DNA of 64,000 nucleotides from Candidatus Woesearchaeota archaeon (GTDB lineage Archaea > Nanobdellota > Nanobdellia > Woesearchaeales > JAZDKJ01), in the NCBI GenBank assembly GCA_043803105.1, contig JAZDKJ010000013.1, positions 1 to 64,000 of the forward strand. Direction: 5' to 3'. Every line of letters begins with the position of its first letter. The stretch's first letter is position 1. Shown here one piece after another: positions 60,126-64,000 of the stretch. A model generated the notes under the pieces. That model worked only from the letters and a program-made list of their open reading frames with translations, searched no databases and was not told the DNA's origin. A program made the translations under genes and the position numbers.

Positions 60126-60836
60126 TCATCTTTTTGCCGTCAGGCGCCAAAGACGATATGTGAAATAGCTAACGTATGCAAAATAAAACAGAAGCTGGTA
60201 GACCCCAACCAAGATGAAAAAGATCAGCTTGTGGCCAAAGATGATGCCTACAGTAAGCAAAACATAAATGTTTGTTCTTGTGGGCACTGCCTGCTTGGCA
60301 AACCAAGATAACACGCTCTTTTTTGAGAACATCATGAACTTGACCTGGTTTCCCTTGGTAATCGGCTTGAAGGTATCACTAAAATAGACAACATCATTTG
60401 TTGAGGTGATAAGCAGCTTGACAACGAGAATCCCTGCAGTGAGTATCAGGATGTAAGGCTCTTGATAACGATAAAAAATCCCAATACCATACCCGGCATA
60501 AACGAAAACATCGACCCACTTGTCCGCGATAATGCCTTCAATCCACTCGCCAAGGACTGAAAAGCGATTAGTAAGCCTTGCAAGCGCACCGTCAAAATAA
60601 TCAGCAAACAGGGCAAGCTGCATGACAATAGCACCGTAGCCGAAATGACCCCTGTACAACAGCAGGCCAGCAACAAGCCCAACAAAAATTCCTGCAACAG
60701 TAATCATGTTAGGAGTAATAAAGGTGTTCCTGATGAGATAAACAAAAGAGAAGCCGATGAATCTGTAAACCTGCTGAAGCAGTTGCAGTTCTTTCTTGTT
60801 AGTGATTGACTGCTTGACAAATTTCTTGAAACTCAT
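60126..60836 (-). CDS. CDP-alcohol phosphotransferase family protein
   Basis: TPNMIT and DYFDGALAR...G.WIE...D. Confidence 0.88.
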   Translation of the reverse strand: MSFKKFVKQSITNKKELQLLQQVYRFIGFSFVYLIRNTFITPNMITVAGIFVGLVAGLLLYRGHFGYGAIVMQLALFADYFDGALARLTNRFSVLGEWIEGIIADKWVDVFVYAGYGIGIFYRYQEPYILILTAGILVVKLLITSTNDVVYFSDTFKPITKGNQVKFMMFSKKSVLSWFAKQAVPTRTNIYVLLTVGIIFGHKLIFFILVGVYQLLFYFAYVSYFTYRLWRLTAKR

Positions 60837-60874
60837 ACTAAATCGTCTTTGGCAAATCTATTTAAAACTTTGGG

Positions 60875-62272
60875 TCAACCCTTCCTGAGGTGACGTAAAA
60901 GAGTCCAGCCCTTCTTTCCAACAGACATAACGAACGGCCGGGTCAACCTCGGCTTCCAAACTAGCCAGGCAAGATAACCCACAAAAGAACCAAATTCAAC
61001 CCTCATAAGGTACTTCATGACATACTCTTGGGCTAACTCAAAGGCATTTTGCCGTTCTTGCCTGCTGAAATCAGGGGTCTCAAAAATAGGCTTTGAATCC
61101 CACCTACTGGCATTATTCAAGTAATTGTCGGGCGAGCCTAGCAGGTTAGCATTCTTTCTTATCCAGGAAAAAAGCTCAGTATTCGGATAGGGAACAGCGT
61201 TGTAGAACCTTATCTCATCAAACGGGAGAGATAAGGCAAAATCCAAGGTCTTCCTGAAATTCATGAGGTTGTCTCCAGGCATTCCGATGATGAAGAAACC
61301 GCTAACATCCTTGATTCCGACCTTCTTGGCCAACCGCACAGCATCTTCAGCCATCTTCACTGTAATGCCTTTTTTCATCTTATTCAAGATGCCTTGGTCT
61401 GCTGACTCAACACCGAAAGCAATAAAGAAGCAGCCCGCGTTCTTCATCTTCCTCAATAAAACCTCATTTACCTTGTCAACCCTTATACCGTTCTTGAGGT
61501 CCCACTTTATCCTTAGCTTTCTTCTGAGTATCTCGTCACAGATGTTCTCTGCCCTTTTCATATCGTAAGTGAAGCAGTCATCAACAAAAGCAAAATAGCA
61601 GTAACCTTTCTTGTACCAGTATTCTATCTCATCAACAACATTTTTTGGGGAGCGTGCGCGGAATTTCATGCCCATGGTGAATCTCATGGTACAGTAGGTA
61701 CAGGCGTAAGGGCAACCACGTGAAGTAACCATGGAAATCTTCTTATCCATATATTTATCTAGCTCAAATAGCTCGAATGCAGGAAAAGGAATCTCATCAA
61801 GGTTCTCGATCAACGGCCTCGGCTTATTAGTGACTATTTTGTTCTTGTCCCTCCAAATCAAGCCTTTAATCTTTGAGCTTTTTTTACCGTTTGCAAGTTC
61901 CAGAAGAGTGAACTCGCCTTCACCAAGGCAGGCATAATCAGCCAAGGTGTCCTCAAGTATCTTAGCGCCTATTGTGGATGGATGGGGACCACCAACAATC
62001 ACTTTGTAACCATGCCTCTTCACCTTGTTAACAAGCTTGTATATGTTGAGGAACTCCCTGCTGGTCATGGTAATCGCGACAAGGTCTGGCTTGAAGTCAG
62101 AAAGACGCTTGAAGAGGTCTTCGTCAGTATAGTCAAGGCGCATATCAAGCACCTTTACAGTATGGCCATTATGTAGGAGAGTGGATGCAAGATAAGCAGT
62201 ACCGTTATGCGGGGAGCTGGGCTTGAGCAGCACATCACCCTTTGAATTTGGTACAACAAAAAAAACACGCAT
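60875..62272 (-). CDS. B12-binding domain radical SAM protein
   Basis: GGPHP, GEGE, TSRGCPYACTYC and FGVES. Confidence 0.9.
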   Translation of the reverse strand: MRVFFVVPNSKGDVLLKPSSPHNGTAYLASTLLHNGHTVKVLDMRLDYTDEDLFKRLSDFKPDLVAITMTSREFLNIYKLVNKVKRHGYKVIVGGPHPSTIGAKILEDTLADYACLGEGEFTLLELANGKKSSKIKGLIWRDKNKIVTNKPRPLIENLDEIPFPAFELFELDKYMDKKISMVTSRGCPYACTYCTMRFTMGMKFRARSPKNVVDEIEYWYKKGYCYFAFVDDCFTYDMKRAENICDEILRRKLRIKWDLKNGIRVDKVNEVLLRKMKNAGCFFIAFGVESADQGILNKMKKGITVKMAEDAVRLAKKVGIKDVSGFFIIGMPGDNLMNFRKTLDFALSLPFDEIRFYNAVPYPNTELFSWIRKNANLLGSPDNYLNNASRWDSKPIFETPDFSRQERQNAFELAQEYVMKYLMRVEFGSFVGYLAWLVWKPRLTRPFVMSVGKKGWTLLRHLRKG

Positions 62273-62307
62273 CTTTTGACAAAACCTCTGAAGTTATTTA
62301 AACATTA

Positions 62308-63036
62308 CTAACAGGTCTGCGACCAACCCGAAAGATTGGAGACAAGACCATAGAGCAGGCCCTTCTTGGCCAATTGAGGAAAGATGTCACGTTCAAGAGA
62401 ACCAACCTTTTGCAGGTGCTGAAAAATGGCAGGTTCAAAAAGGTAGATGGCTGCATTAATCAAACCGGTCTTGGTCTTACCCTTATACTCAAAGGAAATA
62501 ACCCTGTCACATTCAAAGACAATGTTGTCTGTGGACTTGTCAAGGTCAACTGAGGTCAGGCACATGGTAGCGGTGCTGCATTTCTCCCTATGAAAGGAGA
62601 GCATCTTTGAGAGGTCAAAGTCAAACCTAATATCACCGGATACCACAAGAAATGTGGTTGTAAAATCTTTTTCCAGAGACTTTATCGCACCTGCATTGCC
62701 CAAGAGTTTCTCCTCATTAAGGTAGCTTAACCTGATGCCACGATAAGAAGAGCCAAGCATTGCAAAGACATCACTATTATGCGTTGCTGCGGCAATGACA
62801 ACCTCATGGACTGACTGCTCGAGAAGCTTGTCAAGGTAGTGCCTGAGCACCTTCTCGTCAATCAATGTAGCCTTTCCCAAGAGAATCACTGCTTTAGAAA
62901 TGGAGCCCTTGGCGAAGTATTCACGCAAAACCTTTTCGAACGCCTGACTCCTGTTCCTCACGAGAGAGGAGTCAACGAGACCATCAGCAAGCTTGAGCAG
63001 GTTGCTGCTGATCGAGATTGAAATCTTATCCTGCAT
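62308..63036 (-). CDS. Second RHH plus degenerate nucleotidyltransferase-domain protein
   Basis: KISISI...NRSQAFE, LGNAG, VSGD and LERDIFP; paralog of 51615-52415. Confidence 0.78.
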   Translation of the reverse strand: MQDKISISISSNLLKLADGLVDSSLVRNRSQAFEKVLREYFAKGSISKAVILLGKATLIDEKVLRHYLDKLLEQSVHEVVIAAATHNSDVFAMLGSSYRGIRLSYLNEEKLLGNAGAIKSLEKDFTTTFLVVSGDIRFDFDLSKMLSFHREKCSTATMCLTSVDLDKSTDNIVFECDRVISFEYKGKTKTGLINAAIYLFEPAIFQHLQKVGSLERDIFPQLAKKGLLYGLVSNLSGWSQTC

Positions 63037-63961
63037 TTTTCATCCACTTCAAAGTCTCGTAAGTATTGGGAGAGTTTGAGTAATCATCCTCAAATACCTC
63101 TGCAAGCACTCCAAGATTAGCTGGGGCACGCGAAACAATAGACTTGAAAAGCTTGGAAAGAAAGCTCTTGCTCCTTTCCCCCTTGCCAGGAGCATAGCCA
63201 TGCGACAGGCCCTTGAAGTCACTGAAATGAACGAAAGCAAGATCCTTCTTTAGACTAAGATAAGAGAAATCTTTATTCTTTTTCAACCCCTGGATTTCAT
63301 CAAAGTCCTCTGCATAAAACCCTTCAGGTAGTTCGGAGACTGTTCTTATGCCTGAGATTGCCTTGCAGAATATCCCAGAATGGCATGTATCAAAAGTAAA
63401 ACCCAAAGAAGGAACAGAGGAAAGGAAAAAATCTAAGTCAGAGGGAAGAGCACCAATATAGGATGAATGCAGGTTGTGGGGAGAAAGGCCGGGCATATTC
63501 TCAAAGGTGACCTTGGTGTCAAACGATGCTTTTCTTAAAATAGAAGCCATCCTTGACATTATTCTTTGCTTCTTCTTGTAAGTCATATGAAGCTTTAACC
63601 AATCCTTGGTGTAAGGATGGCTCAAATGCGAATTAACAAGCTCCAGCTCAATCGGAAAATGATTGGCAATCAATTGCAGGTTCTTAATCACCTTATTATT
63701 GAATTCGAGACTGCATCTTGTTAATGGAAGGTAAGGAGCATGAAATGCGTATAAAACCTTATCAAATAAAGGCTCGACTATGTCCTTGAATTCAAGAGCC
63801 CTTTTAGCCAATAGTGGAAATTGCTTCAACTCCGTATCATTGATGGCCATGAACTGAATTCCAATCTTCCTAAAGCCAAGGGACCTCACCTGCTTAGCCA
63901 GATTTGCCCTCCAGTCTACCTCATCTTTGACAAATAAATAAACAGGAAAATAAGGAATCAT
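63026..63961 (-). CDS. TIM-barrel sugar-phosphate isomerase/AP endonuclease 2-like protein
   Basis: HAPY, FENMP, FDTCH, VHFSD..G..HG and LAEV. Confidence 0.75.
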   Translation of the reverse strand: MIPYFPVYLFVKDEVDWRANLAKQVRSLGFRKIGIQFMAINDTELKQFPLLAKRALEFKDIVEPLFDKVLYAFHAPYLPLTRCSLEFNNKVIKNLQLIANHFPIELELVNSHLSHPYTKDWLKLHMTYKKKQRIMSRMASILRKASFDTKVTFENMPGLSPHNLHSSYIGALPSDLDFFLSSVPSLGFTFDTCHSGIFCKAISGIRTVSELPEGFYAEDFDEIQGLKKNKDFSYLSLKKDLAFVHFSDFKGLSHGYAPGKGERSKSFLSKLFKSIVSRAPANLGVLAEVFEDDYSNSPNTYETLKWMKNAG

Positions 63962-63999
63962 TTTGGATGAGCCTCATACCAATCAAAGGTGAGCTTTAG
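63958..63999 (-). CDS. C-terminal end of an upstream gene, possibly an NAD-dependent epimerase
   Basis: LKLTFDWYEAHPK* in ATGA overlap with the next gene; resembles SDR epimerase C-termini. Confidence 0.4.
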   Translation of the reverse strand, partial: LKLTFDWYEAHPK

Positions 64000-64000
64000 G

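Noticed and set aside
1-64000. CRISPR array, cas genes, transposases or integrases
   Set aside because: I saw no regularly spaced repeat-spacer array and no such protein motifs.

Overview
Archaeal DNA, most consistent with a DPANN lineage such as Woesearchaeota. That assignment is inference from the gene content (Hef helicase-nuclease, TraB, archaeal GlmU, a stand-alone 5S rRNA, TATA-type promoters and Cys-rich surface proteins). From left to right the window holds: (1) tRNA-Gly(CCC) with an intron in the T-loop, next to a decayed tRNA half-copy and a palindromic element; (2) housekeeping genes; (3) a RiPP-like locus with an A24 prepilin peptidase, two HxsD-like genes, HxsB, two more radical SAM enzymes (one fused to a zinc peptidase) and a His/Cys-rich precursor with a pilin-like leader; (4) an HTH/nucleotidyltransferase pair; (5) about 20 kb of surface-protein genes, in which a four-gene module (giant Cys-rich protein, membrane-anchored Ig-like protein, TSP3/Cys-rich protein, pilin-like protein) is tandemly duplicated and flanked by two membrane proteins sharing an N-terminal domain; (6) a redox/stress cluster that includes an unannotated 13-aa Cys micro-ORF; (7) glmM-glmU-glmS, where a LAGLIDADG endonuclease is fused to the glmS 5' end and an intact glmS with a foreign-looking 5' part follows; (8) 5S rRNA with a duplicated 3' end; (9) a glycan cluster (UDP-xylose route, flippase, gtp1/2/3-like CDP-glycerol genes) associated with two RHH-nucleotidyltransferase fusions. 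All calls come from reading motifs by eye; no searches were run.
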